Positions 1 through 9,906 of a DNA stretch of 32,000 nucleotides are shown here, piece by piece. This DNA comes from an uncultured archaeon (GTDB lineage Archaea > Asgardarchaeota > Jordiarchaeia > Jordiarchaeales > Jordiarchaeaceae): assembly GCA_964510585.1 (NCBI GenBank), contig CAZECW010000140.1, positions 22,135-54,134 of the forward strand, given 5' to 3'. The position numbers and the translations under genes are program-made. Under the pieces are notes generated by a model. It had not been told where the DNA came from, ran no database searches, and was given only the letters and a program-made list of their open reading frames with translations. Position 1 is the first letter of the stretch; every line of letters begins with the position of its first letter.

Positions 1-1
1 G

Positions 2-994
2 ACTGTTGACCAGCAACTTTCCGCTATACTTAACAAAGCTAAAGCAAAAGTTCAAGTTTTTGGTGTAGGAGGGGCGGGCAATAATGCAGTCACCAGGCTG
101 ACTAAGTGTAAAGTTGAAGGCATTGAAACTATTGCGGTAAATACCGACGCGCAAGATTTACTCTATACAAACGCGGATTACAAGTTATTGATAGGTAAAA
201 AACTAACCGGAGGATTGGGAGCAGGTAATAATCCGGAAATAGGTATGGCGGCGGCCCAAGAAAGCTTGGAGGATATAAAGAAGGCTGTTTCGGCAGAAGT
301 GATTTTTGTCACATGTGGGTTGGGAGGTGGAACAGGAACCGGGGCAGCACCCATAATCGCTGAAGTCGCCCGGAAATCAGGTGCACTCACAATCTCAATA
401 TGCTTCCTCCCCTTCCTAATAGAGGGCAAAAAGCGCTGGCAAAGTGCGGTGGAGGGACTGAAAAAACTGCACCGAGCCTCAGACACGGTAGTAATTATAC
501 CCAACGAAAAACTATTGGGAATAGCAGACAAGATTACCCTTACAGAAGCATTTAGTCTCGCAGACGAAGTTCTAATAAAGGGAGTCAATTCAATATCCGA
601 ACTAATCATAAAACCGGGTCTCGTAAATGTAGACCTTGCAGATATAAGAACAGTAGTCAAAGATAGTGGAGTTGCATTTATTGGGGTTGGAGAATCAAGT
701 GGTGGGGATAGGGCCTGCCAAGCAGTTGAAAAGGCTTTAGGAAACCCCCTACTAGATGTTGATGCCAAAGATGCCAGAGCAGCATTAATAAACATAACTG
801 GCGATCAAAACCTAACAATCAGAGAAGCAGAATTAATAGTAAGAAAAGTATCAGAAAAAGTAAACCCTAACTCAGAAGTCATTTGGGGCGCTAACATAAA
901 TCCAAACCTAAAAGATACCCTACGTGTAGCAACAATTATCAGCGCTGTATCATTACCCTACATTGAGAAGCTAATCAAAGACATCGAAGTCTAA
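2..994 (+). CDS. ftsZ: Cell division GTPase FtsZ (FtsZ1 type), 5' end outside window
   Basis: Frame is open from base 2 (TVDQQLSAIL...VFGVGGAGNNAV...AVNTDAQDL). Tubulin signature GLGGGTGTG, NVDLADIR; upstream of secE-spt5 as is typical for ftsZ1. Confidence 0.96.
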   Translation, partial: TVDQQLSAILNKAKAKVQVFGVGGAGNNAVTRLTKCKVEGIETIAVNTDAQDLLYTNADYKLLIGKKLTGGLGAGNNPEIGMAAAQESLEDIKKAVSAEVIFVTCGLGGGTGTGAAPIIAEVARKSGALTISICFLPFLIEGKKRWQSAVEGLKKLHRASDTVVIIPNEKLLGIADKITLTEAFSLADEVLIKGVNSISELIIKPGLVNVDLADIRTVVKDSGVAFIGVGESSGGDRACQAVEKALGNPLLDVDAKDARAALINITGDQNLTIREAELIVRKVSEKVNPNSEVIWGANINPNLKDTLRVATIISAVSLPYIEKLIKDIEV

Positions 995-1207
995 AAAAGC
1001 AAAACCTATCCAAAAGGTATATGGGAAGCCAGTAAAGGATGTGTGTTAGATTACTTTTTGTTTTATTCTAAAAACTTAATTTTACTTCGAATATAAAGGC
1101 AGTTGGGGAAGCTATAAACTCAATTAAATTTAAAAGATACCAAGTTAACACCCTATTTAGCTAACATCACCCCAAAAGGGATATGAGCGGACATCGGAGG
1201 CCAGCAA

Positions 1208-1408
1208 ATGGATATAATTGGTTTTATCAGAAGATCCAGACGATTATTCAAACTCGCCAGATATCCTACCCGCAAAGAAATGTGGGCCATAATCAGAGTC
1301 TGCATATTAGGCATCATCATAATAGGGGCACTAGCATTCGTAATCACCATGCTCTTCGTAAATGCCTTCCTCCCCATAATCAGACCCAGCACAATAATAT
1401 ACATATGA
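1208..1408 (+). CDS. secE: Protein translocase SecE/Sec61-gamma
   Basis: 66 aa, RRLFKLARYPTRKE followed by one TM helix; between ftsZ and spt5; GGAGG SD. Confidence 0.9.
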   Translation: MDIIGFIRRSRRLFKLARYPTRKEMWAIIRVCILGIIIIGALAFVITMLFVNAFLPIIRPSTIIYI

Positions 1409-1418
1409 GGGGAAAACA

Positions 1419-1940
1419 ATGGAAGAAAAAGGTTCTAAAAAGAAGGAAATTATGGATCAGAAAAAAGATTCTAGAAAAACGAGCATATTTGCATTAAGAA
1501 CCACAATTTCTCAAGAAAAAAGCGTAGCCGCATTAATAGAGAAGAGAGTGGAAGGCAACCCCTCAGCAAACATCAAAGCTATACTAGCACCCGAGTCTCT
1601 CAGCGGCTACCTATTCGTTGAGGCCCCCAGCCAGAGGGAGGTAAATAGAATAATTACCGGCATACCCCACGTAAGAGGAAAAGTGGTTGGGAAAATAAAC
1701 ATCGAAGAACTAGACGACTTCCTAATACCTAAACCCTCAATCGAGGGAATTAACAAAGGCGATATAGTAGAAATAGTAGGAGGCCCATTCAAAGGCGAAA
1801 AGGCTAAAGTGACAAGAATAGATACCGTCAAAGGAGAAGTGGTAATAGAACTAATAGAAGCTACTAACCCTATTCCCGTTAAAGTCAATGCAGATTATGT
1901 TAAGCTCGTGGAGAAGGGAGAGGCTGAAGGAGAAGGGTAG
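1419..1940 (+). CDS. spt5: Transcription elongation factor Spt5/NusG
   Basis: NGN domain (LSGYLFVEA) plus KOW motif (GDIVEIVGGPFKGEKAKV). Confidence 0.95.
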   Translation: MEEKGSKKKEIMDQKKDSRKTSIFALRTTISQEKSVAALIEKRVEGNPSANIKAILAPESLSGYLFVEAPSQREVNRIITGIPHVRGKVVGKINIEELDDFLIPKPSIEGINKGDIVEIVGGPFKGEKAKVTRIDTVKGEVVIELIEATNPIPVKVNADYVKLVEKGEAEGEG

Positions 1941-1981
1941 CTTAAAAACCCAGTCAGTTTTTCTCAACATTATTCTGGTAG

Positions 1982-2002
1982 AGGGTAGCAAGAACCCTTT
2001 TT
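1982..2002 (+). terminator. Possible hairpin + T-run terminator after spt5
   Basis: AGGGT-agcaaga-ACCCT followed by TTTT, about 40 nt after the spt5 stop. Confidence 0.35.
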
Positions 2003-2339
2003 GGTTAGGATGTATGTCTTTGTTTGATGGTAATTTATAAAGGGAAAAATTGAATTGTTTTTCCCGATTTTTCAGACTTACTATGTGAGTCAGGCAGAAT
2101 TTTTAGGTAACCCAGATAACAAAAAGCGGACCTGTTTTGCTGTACTATAGGTTTTTCGCAAAAAATTTTTAAACTTGGAAAATGATGTCTTCCGAAGGTA
2201 GATTACATTTAAAAGGTTAAGATATAGAGGGAAACCATAAATCACAATGAGGATTTCTATATAATAGTAAGCTGTTGTAAGATAGGTAGTACATTATTAA
2301 TTATTTCATCGTATAAAGCTGTTGAAGAAGGATGCTGAA

Positions 2340-2828
2340 ATGGTGCAAAAGGTTACTGTTCAAGCCCTTGTTGACGGTGGTAAAGCTTCAGCGGGGCCTC
2401 CCATTGGTCCAGCTCTAGGCCCTACTGGAGTTAATCTATATCAAGTTGTTCAGAAGATTAACGAGCTGACAGCGAAGTTTAAGGGTTTGAAGGTTCCTGT
2501 GACGATTATTGTAAATCCAGAGGATAAGAGTTTCGAGATTGAAGTGGGTTTGCCCCCGACTTCTGCTTTGATTCTTAGCGAGCTAGGTGTTGAAAAGGGT
2601 AGTAAGGATGCAAAGCAGAGTAAAGTTGGAAATCTGAGTTTGGATGCTATAGTTAGGATCGCTAAGATGAAGAGTGAGAAGCTTTTTGCAAATAGTCTGG
2701 AGGCTGCCGTACGTACAGTACTGGGCACTTGTTTGTCAATGGGTGTTACGGTTGAGGGTAAGAATCCTAAGGAGATACAGAAGGAAATTTTGGAAGGGAA
2801 ATATAAGGAGTTACTATCACAAGCATAA
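2340..2828 (+). CDS. rpl11: 50S ribosomal protein L11 (uL11)
   Basis: GGKASAGPPIGPALGPTGVN motif; ATG at 2340 preferred over the ORF-track start at 2322. Confidence 0.96.
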   Translation: MVQKVTVQALVDGGKASAGPPIGPALGPTGVNLYQVVQKINELTAKFKGLKVPVTIIVNPEDKSFEIEVGLPPTSALILSELGVEKGSKDAKQSKVGNLSLDAIVRIAKMKSEKLFANSLEAAVRTVLGTCLSMGVTVEGKNPKEIQKEILEGKYKELLSQA

Positions 2829-2927
2829 TTTTATTGCTTAATTATGGGTTAGCGATTTTTGGTTTCGTATGGTTGATTTGAAGGTTAAATATTGTTTTAT
2901 GATTACCAATTATGGAAGGAATGTGTG

Positions 2928-3572
2928 ATGCCCCTAGATAGGAAGAAGATTATTGAGGCTATTAAGAAAGCTAAGGAAAAATCGAAGAAAAGAAATTTCG
3001 TGCAGTCAATAGAACTGGCTGTTAACTTGAAGGACATCGATTTGAAGAAGCCTGAAAACCGTTTGAACACAGAGTTAACTCTTCCAAATGAAACTGGCAA
3101 AAACCCTAGAATTTGTGTTATTGCGGCAGGGGATCTTGCTGTTAGGGCAAAAGAGGCGGGGGTTTATGTGATAGACAAAGATGAACTAAACGATGTTGCG
3201 CGTACTAAGAAGAATGTGAAAAACCTTGCTCAACAATATGATTTCTTTGTTGCCCGTGCAGACCTTATGCCCCAAGTAGGTAAAACACTTGGTCCTGTGC
3301 TTGGTCCGAGGGGAAAGATGCCGAAACCGATTCCCCCCAATGCAGATATTGGCGCAGTTCTTGATCAGTACAAGAGGAGCGTGCGTCTCAGAATCAAAGA
3401 TAACCCAGTAGTACATTTGAAGGTGGGCTCTGAAAATATGGAGGAAGACAAGATCGCGGATAATGTCCAGAGCGTTATTAACTTTTTAGAGGGTAAATTT
3501 GAAAAGGGTCCAAGGAATATTAAGTCAGTCTATCTGAAAACTACCATGGGCCCGGCGGTAAAAATAGAGTAA
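2928..3572 (+). CDS. rpl1: 50S ribosomal protein L1 (uL1)
   Basis: KRNFVQSIEL, GPVLGPRGKMP, KTTMGP; ATG at 2928 (MPLDRKK) preferred over 2892. Confidence 0.96.
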   Translation: MPLDRKKIIEAIKKAKEKSKKRNFVQSIELAVNLKDIDLKKPENRLNTELTLPNETGKNPRICVIAAGDLAVRAKEAGVYVIDKDELNDVARTKKNVKNLAQQYDFFVARADLMPQVGKTLGPVLGPRGKMPKPIPPNADIGAVLDQYKRSVRLRIKDNPVVHLKVGSENMEEDKIADNVQSVINFLEGKFEKGPRNIKSVYLKTTMGPAVKIE

Positions 3573-3586
3573 AGGAAGCTTTAAAA

Positions 3587-4489
3587 ATGGCGGTAACAGC
3601 TAGAGGAAGACCTGTACCAGAGTACAAGGTCGAAAGGAAGGAAAGAATAAAAGAGTTACTGGAAAAGTACCAAGTTATTGGGCTAACTAGTATGGAAGGA
3701 ATGGGTGCGAGGCAGCTTCAGGGTCTAAGAAAGAAATTAAAGGACACAGCAATCATAAAAGTAGATAAAAACACGCTTATTGCACGCAGTCTTGTAGAAA
3801 TTAAAGAAAAAAAGAAAAACGCTGATAAGCTAGCGGAATATGTGAAGGGGCCAGTGGCACTAATACTCACGAATATGAGCCCATTTAAATTAAGTAGAAT
3901 TCTTGACAAAAGTAAGACTCGGACTGCTGCAAAGCCAGACACTGTAAGTCCAGTTGAAATTGTTGTGCCTGCAGGAAATACTGGTTTTCCACCAGGCCCT
4001 ATTATTAGTGAGTTGGGGGAAGTAGGGCTCCCAACTCGTGTAGAATCAGGAACAATTTGGATAACAAAAGATACTGTTGTAGCAAAGCCGGGAGATTTCA
4101 TTCCCAAGAAACTAGCCTTAGTTCTTAAAAGGCTTGGCATAGAACCCATTGAGGTAGGGTTAGACCTCCGCGTAGCTTACGACGATGGTCTGATATTGAC
4201 AAGCGATATCTTGTCTAAGAAGCCTGAAGAGTACTTGAAGGAAATTAAGGAAGCACACACTCAAGCATTGAATCTAGCATTACACGCATCAATAGCAACG
4301 CCAGAAACAGTAATTATTATGCTGAGAAAAGCTTACATGGAAGCTTCAAATCTGGCGATGAATGCAGAGCTAGTTATTCCAGAGACTCTTCCAAACATAA
4401 TAAGGAAAGCGGAAAGCCAAGCATTAAGCATAGCTATGAGATTATCAGCAAAGGATCCAAGTTTATCGGTATTAACTGAAAAAAGGTGA
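3587..4489 (+). CDS. rpl10: Ribosomal stalk protein P0 (uL10), lacking the acidic C-terminal tail
   Basis: KVDKNTLI, PAGNTGFPPGP, three C-terminal stalk helices; ends ...SVLTEKR. Confidence 0.94.
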   Translation: MAVTARGRPVPEYKVERKERIKELLEKYQVIGLTSMEGMGARQLQGLRKKLKDTAIIKVDKNTLIARSLVEIKEKKKNADKLAEYVKGPVALILTNMSPFKLSRILDKSKTRTAAKPDTVSPVEIVVPAGNTGFPPGPIISELGEVGLPTRVESGTIWITKDTVVAKPGDFIPKKLALVLKRLGIEPIEVGLDLRVAYDDGLILTSDILSKKPEEYLKEIKEAHTQALNLALHASIATPETVIIMLRKAYMEASNLAMNAELVIPETLPNIIRKAESQALSIAMRLSAKDPSLSVLTEKR

Positions 4490-4658
4490 AAGAAACAAAA
4501 ATTTAAGGGAGAACTTAAAAAGCATCAAAAACATGAAACAAAAGCAAAAAGGGTGAATTCGCATCCTTAAGTTAATAAGAAGTGTTGTCATAAATAATAT
4601 ATTTAACAGCTTTTATAAATTCAATCCAAATTTATGATAAAAATATGAGGTGAAAACA

Positions 4659-4967
4659 ATGGAATACGTATATGCTTCGATGCTTCTCCATAAGGCAGGG
4701 AAAAAAATAACTGAAGAAAGCATTGCTAAGATTCTTGAAGCAGCAGGAGTAAAAGTTGATATGGCTAGGGTCAAGTCTATAGTCGCCGCTCTTGAGGAAG
4801 TGGACATTGAAGAAGCAATTAAGACTGCAGCTCCCATAACAGCGGTAGCAGTACCCACAGCACCAGAAACCAAAGAAGCAAAACCAGCCAAAGAAGAGAA
4901 GAAGAAAGAAGAGAAAAAGAAAGAAGAAGAGGAAGAGGTAGCGGGTCTCGGAGCACTCTTCGGTTAG
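4659..4967 (+). CDS. rpl12: Ribosomal stalk protein P1 (aL12)
   Basis: [12 protein letters not shown]-terminus, [15 protein letters not shown]-terminus; GAGGTG SD before ATG 4659. Confidence 0.96.
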   Translation: MEYVYASMLLHKAGKKITEESIAKILEAAGVKVDMARVKSIVAALEEVDIEEAIKTAAPITAVAVPTAPETKEAKPAKEEKKKEEKKKEEEEEVAGLGALFG

Positions 4968-5078
4968 AGAAAAATGAAAATTGGAAAATATGACTAGACA
5001 ATCATGCTGTCTTGTGTTCCACTAAATGCTCCTAAATAAAGTAGATAAGCGTAGATGCTGAGGGTGAGGTAGACCCAT

Positions 5079-7814
5079 TCACTTTTTATTTTGCTTTATT
5101 AGGCTCTCTATCTTGCTTAGCATTTCTTGAATTTTCTCTGTTTTTGGTCCGCCTCCCCTAGCTAGTCTACCTTTTCCGCCTCCACTTCCTCCCACAACTT
5201 TTGAAGCTTCTTTAATGATTTCGCTGATGTTAAGATTAACAGATTTTCCCATCATACCTATGACGTCGACTTTATCGTCTGATTTTGCCAGTACCACCAC
5301 GGCGTTTGGCTTCTCTTCTGTTATTTTACTTGCGACCTTTATTGCCTCATCTATGCTTAACTTTGTTTTTTCTATAATGAATTCGTATTCTTCAAATTTC
5401 TTCATTTTGTTCATAATTTCCCTGGCTTCGATTTCTGCTATCTCGCTATGCAGCCTTTCGATTTCCTTGCCTCTCTGTTTCCATTCTTCAAAAAATCTTT
5501 CTGCAGCTTTTGGCAATTGAGTTTTGGGGACGCGAAATATGCTTGCTGTTTTTTCCAAAAGGCTGTCCGTTTCTTGGGAGTAATCAATTGCTGGCGTACC
5601 CGCACTAAACTCTAGCCTGACTACGCCATCCTGTATTCTTTCTGCCCCTTTTATCTTGATTAGGCCTATTTCCCCTGTATTTTTAAGGTGAACACCCCCA
5701 CATGCCTCAGTGTCCCAGTTTTCTATATCGATAATTCTTATTATACCTCCTGGCACAACACCTCCCTGATATATTTGAAAGCCGTATTTTTTTTCAGCTT
5801 CGTCTCTACGCATCCATTTTGCTGTAACTGGTCTACATTCCATAACTACTTCATTTGCAATTCTTTCTATTTTTCTAATCTCTTCTGTGTTTAGTGCCTT
5901 ATAGTGGGTAATGTCTAATCTTGCTCCTTCGGGAGTTTTTTCCGCTCCCGCTTGCCAAATATGTGGACCGAGAACCTTCTTAGCGGCGCCATTTACTATG
6001 TGTGTAGCGGTATGGTGCCTCATAAGGGCGATTCTTCTATTCCAATCTATTTCTCCTTTAACCTGTTGTGATGGTTTTAACCCAACTGGTCTATCTAGTC
6101 TGTGTACTACCACGTTACCCAATTTTTCAACATTAATAACTTTGTACCCGTCCAATTTTCCTGTATCGTGAACCGCTCCGCCACCTGTAGGGTAGAATAG
6201 AGTTTGGTCTAATATTATACTAGAGTCTAGAACCTTCAAGATTTTAGCTTCAAACTTCGTCTGGTAGGGCTGCTCATAGTAGAGAGTTCTAGTTGGAGGC
6301 AAATCCTTAAACGCGTCCATTAGAGTATCCTTAGTGCTAGTAAGGGTAACTTTTTCCTTTTTGCTACCTAATTGCACATAGAAGTTTCCTGGGATTTCCA
6401 GTTTTATATCGAAATTTTCTGCGATTTCTTGCACCATTTCAGGAGAGATTCCTTTCGATTCATAGAGCTCGATTAAAGTATCTAAATCCAGTTTCTTTTG
6501 TCTTTTGAGGAGCCCCTCCACATGCTTTTTGCCCTTCTCCAGTGTTTGATAATATCTTTCACGTTCAATATTAAAGATGTCATTAATAATGTTCGAAGCT
6601 GCTTCCACGCGTCTATATGTTTTTTTCAAATATTCAATATGCTTATGGAAGAGCTCTAAGAAGTCTAGTTCAAAGCTGTATAGGTCGTTTAGGCTTAAAG
6701 CCCGTCTTAGGATAATACGTAAATTGTAGCCGCCCCCAATGTTTGAGGGAATCCCTCCATCTGCGATTGCAAAAACAAGTGTTCGAGTATGATCAGAAAT
6801 AGCGTACAATGCTTCTAGAGGACCTAAAGATTTGTGCAAATCTTCTTGTTCAATGCCTAGTTTTGCGGCTACATCTCTCCTAGCCTTATCAATATTGTCT
6901 ACTTCGTCCACGTTAAGAAGACCAGATAGAACAGTGTAACGTCCTAAGAGTTCTTCGTCCACGGACACCCCTGTACTCTCCTTTAGCCAATCCAACACAG
7001 GTCCGAAAGTTGCCTCATATATGGTTGGTGAACCTTGAGTAAACCAACCTATACGCTCAACTCCCCAGCCTACGTCGATTACCTTGATGTCCAATTCTCG
7101 GTAAGTACCGTTTGAAGTAAACGCATATTGCATAAATACGTTATTAACTATCTCCAAACCTCTACCAAAAGCCTCAAGGCAGGGGCCGAAATTACCACCT
7201 CCAGCCCATACATCCTCTTTATAACTCACCTCATCTCGATTCAGTTTAAGGCATTTCGTGAGAAACTCAAAATTGAGTTCAATGCAACGGTCCATCCAGT
7301 AACCCTTACCATCATAATTAAAAGCGTGCTGACCACCCATGACAAATAGGCTTAAATGCCTACCAGTCTTCCCAACATTATCAATATCGTTGAATCCTTT
7401 GCCACCGAACCTTATACAGGGCTGAGGAACCACTAGAGGATTCGCTGGAGGCTCAACGATACCCTCAACCACATATGGTTGAAAATCAGTAATAGAAGCG
7501 ATAGTGAATGGAATATCATCCCTCCACCTTGCAACCACGGGATACTCACTTATCCTCGTGTGCCCACGCTTCTCAAAGAAGTCACACCAATTCTTAACAG
7601 ACTCATGAAAATCCCAGCCTCCACCTATTCTACGTCCGATAAACTTGTATCCCCCAACACACTTTGTATCTCCACAAAATTCATTATCGCTGGTTGTCCA
7701 ATACCATTCATTACAGGATCTACACTGCCTTCTCTCAAAACCTTCCCTTTTGAACAATTCTACTTCGTAGCTTTCTTTACCAAACTTTTTCCTCAGCTCC
7801 TCTTTGAAAATCAT
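5079..7814 (-). CDS. alaS: Alanine--tRNA ligase, archaeal type
   Basis: N-terminal CxxC/C zinc site, FTIASITDFQP, VDVGWGVER, editing HTATH...CGGVH, C-terminal GGGGK; ATG at 7814 (MIFKEELRKKF) with GGAAGG upstream. Confidence 0.96.
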   Translation of the reverse strand: MIFKEELRKKFGKESYEVELFKREGFERRQCRSCNEWYWTTSDNEFCGDTKCVGGYKFIGRRIGGGWDFHESVKNWCDFFEKRGHTRISEYPVVARWRDDIPFTIASITDFQPYVVEGIVEPPANPLVVPQPCIRFGGKGFNDIDNVGKTGRHLSLFVMGGQHAFNYDGKGYWMDRCIELNFEFLTKCLKLNRDEVSYKEDVWAGGGNFGPCLEAFGRGLEIVNNVFMQYAFTSNGTYRELDIKVIDVGWGVERIGWFTQGSPTIYEATFGPVLDWLKESTGVSVDEELLGRYTVLSGLLNVDEVDNIDKARRDVAAKLGIEQEDLHKSLGPLEALYAISDHTRTLVFAIADGGIPSNIGGGYNLRIILRRALSLNDLYSFELDFLELFHKHIEYLKKTYRRVEAASNIINDIFNIERERYYQTLEKGKKHVEGLLKRQKKLDLDTLIELYESKGISPEMVQEIAENFDIKLEIPGNFYVQLGSKKEKVTLTSTKDTLMDAFKDLPPTRTLYYEQPYQTKFEAKILKVLDSSIILDQTLFYPTGGGAVHDTGKLDGYKVINVEKLGNVVVHRLDRPVGLKPSQQVKGEIDWNRRIALMRHHTATHIVNGAAKKVLGPHIWQAGAEKTPEGARLDITHYKALNTEEIRKIERIANEVVMECRPVTAKWMRRDEAEKKYGFQIYQGGVVPGGIIRIIDIENWDTEACGGVHLKNTGEIGLIKIKGAERIQDGVVRLEFSAGTPAIDYSQETDSLLEKTASIFRVPKTQLPKAAERFFEEWKQRGKEIERLHSEIAEIEAREIMNKMKKFEEYEFIIEKTKLSIDEAIKVASKITEEKPNAVVVLAKSDDKVDVIGMMGKSVNLNISEIIKEASKVVGGSGGGKGRLARGGGPKTEKIQEMLSKIESLIKQNKK

Positions 7815-7982
7815 TATTCTCAAACCTTCCTTGAACAACAATAATGTACCTAAAACATTGCGGGGTAATTCTAAAAACTTTATGCATAAAACACACAATT
7901 AATTAGAAACCACTAGTAAAATAAAAAGGTGCAAACAAAAATTTTTTCCAATAAACGGTCAAAAAATCGCAGAGGATCCATC

Positions 7983-8645
7983 ATGTTTATTAACCATAAA
8001 ATGCTAGAAGCAGCAGAAGACATGCGATACCTCTTAAACAGAAATTATAACAGAGACCGAGCATTAAACTTTGTAGGGGATCACTATAAACTAAAAAAAG
8101 AGGAACGCTTCATTTTATACAGAGCAGTATACAGCCAAAAAGAAGTTGAAGAAAGAAAAGAGAAAACCGTAAACTTCAAAGACCTCAAAGACAAAATACT
8201 AACCATAGACGCATACAATGTAATCATAGTCCTCGAAACAATGCTAGAAGAAAAAAACTTAATTGACGCTGACGACTCATTTGTGAGAGATATCGCAGGA
8301 GTGTTTGGCAAACATAAAATATCAAAAAACACACACCAAGCAATCGACCTAATAATGCAAACACTCAAACAAAACCCCCCAAAAGAAACACTTGTATTCT
8401 TTGACAGCCCAGTAAGCAGGAGCGGAGAACTGGCAGCATTCACGAGAAAAAAAATGGAAGAGCATGGCATAAAAGGCACTGCACAAGTAGCAAAACAGGC
8501 AGATAATGCAGTCATAAAGAGGGGACAAGTGGTGGCCACCAGCGACACAGTCGTACTACAAAAAGCCAAAAAGGCCTTCGACCTAGCGGGATACATTGTC
8601 AGAACAAGAAAATACAAATATCTATACTCCCTAAAGAAAGAGTAG
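7983..8645 (+). CDS. DUF434 family protein (Mut7-C/PIN-like fold)
   Basis: EAAEDMRYLLNRNY..ALNFVGDHYKL, IDAYNV, DSFVRDI, FDSPVSRSGELA motifs recalled from archaeal DUF434; start 7983 inferred. Confidence 0.8.
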   Translation: MFINHKMLEAAEDMRYLLNRNYNRDRALNFVGDHYKLKKEERFILYRAVYSQKEVEERKEKTVNFKDLKDKILTIDAYNVIIVLETMLEEKNLIDADDSFVRDIAGVFGKHKISKNTHQAIDLIMQTLKQNPPKETLVFFDSPVSRSGELAAFTRKKMEEHGIKGTAQVAKQADNAVIKRGQVVATSDTVVLQKAKKAFDLAGYIVRTRKYKYLYSLKKE

Positions 8646-8711
8646 AAAAATATTTTAAACCCGGTAAGCCTAATAAACCAGATATTCATAAACCCATCAA
8701 AAATTAGGTTT

Positions 8712-8830
8712 GGGCACGTCGCCTAGCCAGGATTTCAGAAACCTGAAAGGGCGCCGACAGTTAGGCGTACGCCCTCTAAAATCCTGGAGGATAGCCGGTT
8801 TCATCAGGGGTTCAAGTCCCCTCGTGCCCG
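8712..8830 (+). tRNA. tRNA-Arg(TCT) with three 14-nt introns (8734-8747 in D-loop just before A21, 8757-8770 at 29/30, 8779-8792 at 37/38)
   Basis: Acceptor GGGCACG/CGTGCCC, T-arm AGGGG-TTCAAGT-CCCCT. After intron removal the anticodon arm is CCGGC-CC-TCT-AA-GCCGG. BHB central helices CAGG/CCTG, GCGC/GCGT, CCTC/GAGG. Confidence 0.85.
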
Positions 8831-8886
8831 CCTATACTTTTATACATGTGGTTTATTTTTTAAATTATTGTTTAAAATTTTTGTTG

Positions 8887-9873
8887 TCATCTTTTAAAGT
8901 GTTCGTACCCCTTTGGATATATTCTTCTTTCAGTTTGGTTAGGTAGACGTAGCACCATATTTTTTTCTTCAGTTACAATTCCTATGGGGTACAAGTTGCC
9001 TCCAACGATCTTTACTGCATCTACGGCTTTGTTCCATTTCACGGAAGGAACTGTGACTACAAGTTCGAATTCTTCGCCACCATACAGTGCAAGATCAAAG
9101 TAGTTTAGTCCGTGTTCATTTGCAAACATTTGCACCTCTTTTGGGACGGGTATTGAATCAATAATAAATCCCACGCCGCTCATCTGTGAGATCTCGTAAA
9201 GCGACCAAGCTAGACCGTCGCTACTATCAATGCTGGAGGACGCGAGACCCCGCTCAGATAGAACTATCCCTTCTTTCAAACGGGCATGAGGTTCATAAAT
9301 GGCGCGTAAACCCAACTCTTTAGTCCTCGAGTCAGCGCTCAATTTTTCGAATAGTATCTTGAAGCCCATGGCGGTTAAGCCGAAATGTCCAGTAACAGCT
9401 ACTATGTCTCCAGGATGCGCCCCCCTGCGTGAAACGATTTTATTTCTTTCAACTATCCCAAAAACGGCTCCCGAAACCACAAGATCGGAACACTCATTGG
9501 TATCACCCCCCAAGTAATAAAATCCATACTCCCTGCAACCCGCATTTAGTCCCTTAACCAAATCTGCAGCTTCATCCCGAGTTGTCCCCCTCGGAAAACC
9601 CAGGGAGAAAACGCCACCCATTGGTTTGGCGCCCTTAGCAACAACATCGCTCACATTCATAACAGCTGCTTTTCGCCCCACCTGCCAATATGTCATACCA
9701 GGAGGAACATCTGTTTTACCCACAAGCATATCTGTGTTAACTATCAGAACATCGTTTCCGAAAGGAATCCCCACAGCGTCATCACCATAAGGCAAAACCG
9801 CACGCGGAAAGCTATCGATTAAGGTGTGAAATAATTCAATTAATCCACGCTCACCCACATCTTCCACAGTCAT
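8887..9873 (-). CDS. thiL: Thiamine-monophosphate kinase
   Basis: GERGLI, GDDA, NTDMLV, NVSDVVAKGAKP, GGDTN, DSSDGL, GGEEFEL. True start 9873; the ORF-track extension to 10026 runs through tRNA-Thr. Confidence 0.95.
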   Translation of the reverse strand: MTVEDVGERGLIELFHTLIDSFPRAVLPYGDDAVGIPFGNDVLIVNTDMLVGKTDVPPGMTYWQVGRKAAVMNVSDVVAKGAKPMGGVFSLGFPRGTTRDEAADLVKGLNAGCREYGFYYLGGDTNECSDLVVSGAVFGIVERNKIVSRRGAHPGDIVAVTGHFGLTAMGFKILFEKLSADSRTKELGLRAIYEPHARLKEGIVLSERGLASSSIDSSDGLAWSLYEISQMSGVGFIIDSIPVPKEVQMFANEHGLNYFDLALYGGEEFELVVTVPSVKWNKAVDAVKIVGGNLYPIGIVTEEKNMVLRLPNQTERRIYPKGYEHFKR

Positions 9874-9906
9874 TAAGAACCACCCAAAAAGCTGATAAAA
9901 AGGAAC

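Noticed and set aside
8773-8780. CT-CTA-AA could be read as an amber (Pyl/suppressor) anticodon
   Set aside because: That register breaks the anticodon stem (C30.C40) and the BHB helix; the TCT register gives a perfect CCGGC/GCCGG stem and CCTC/GAGG helix, and the body is Arg-like.
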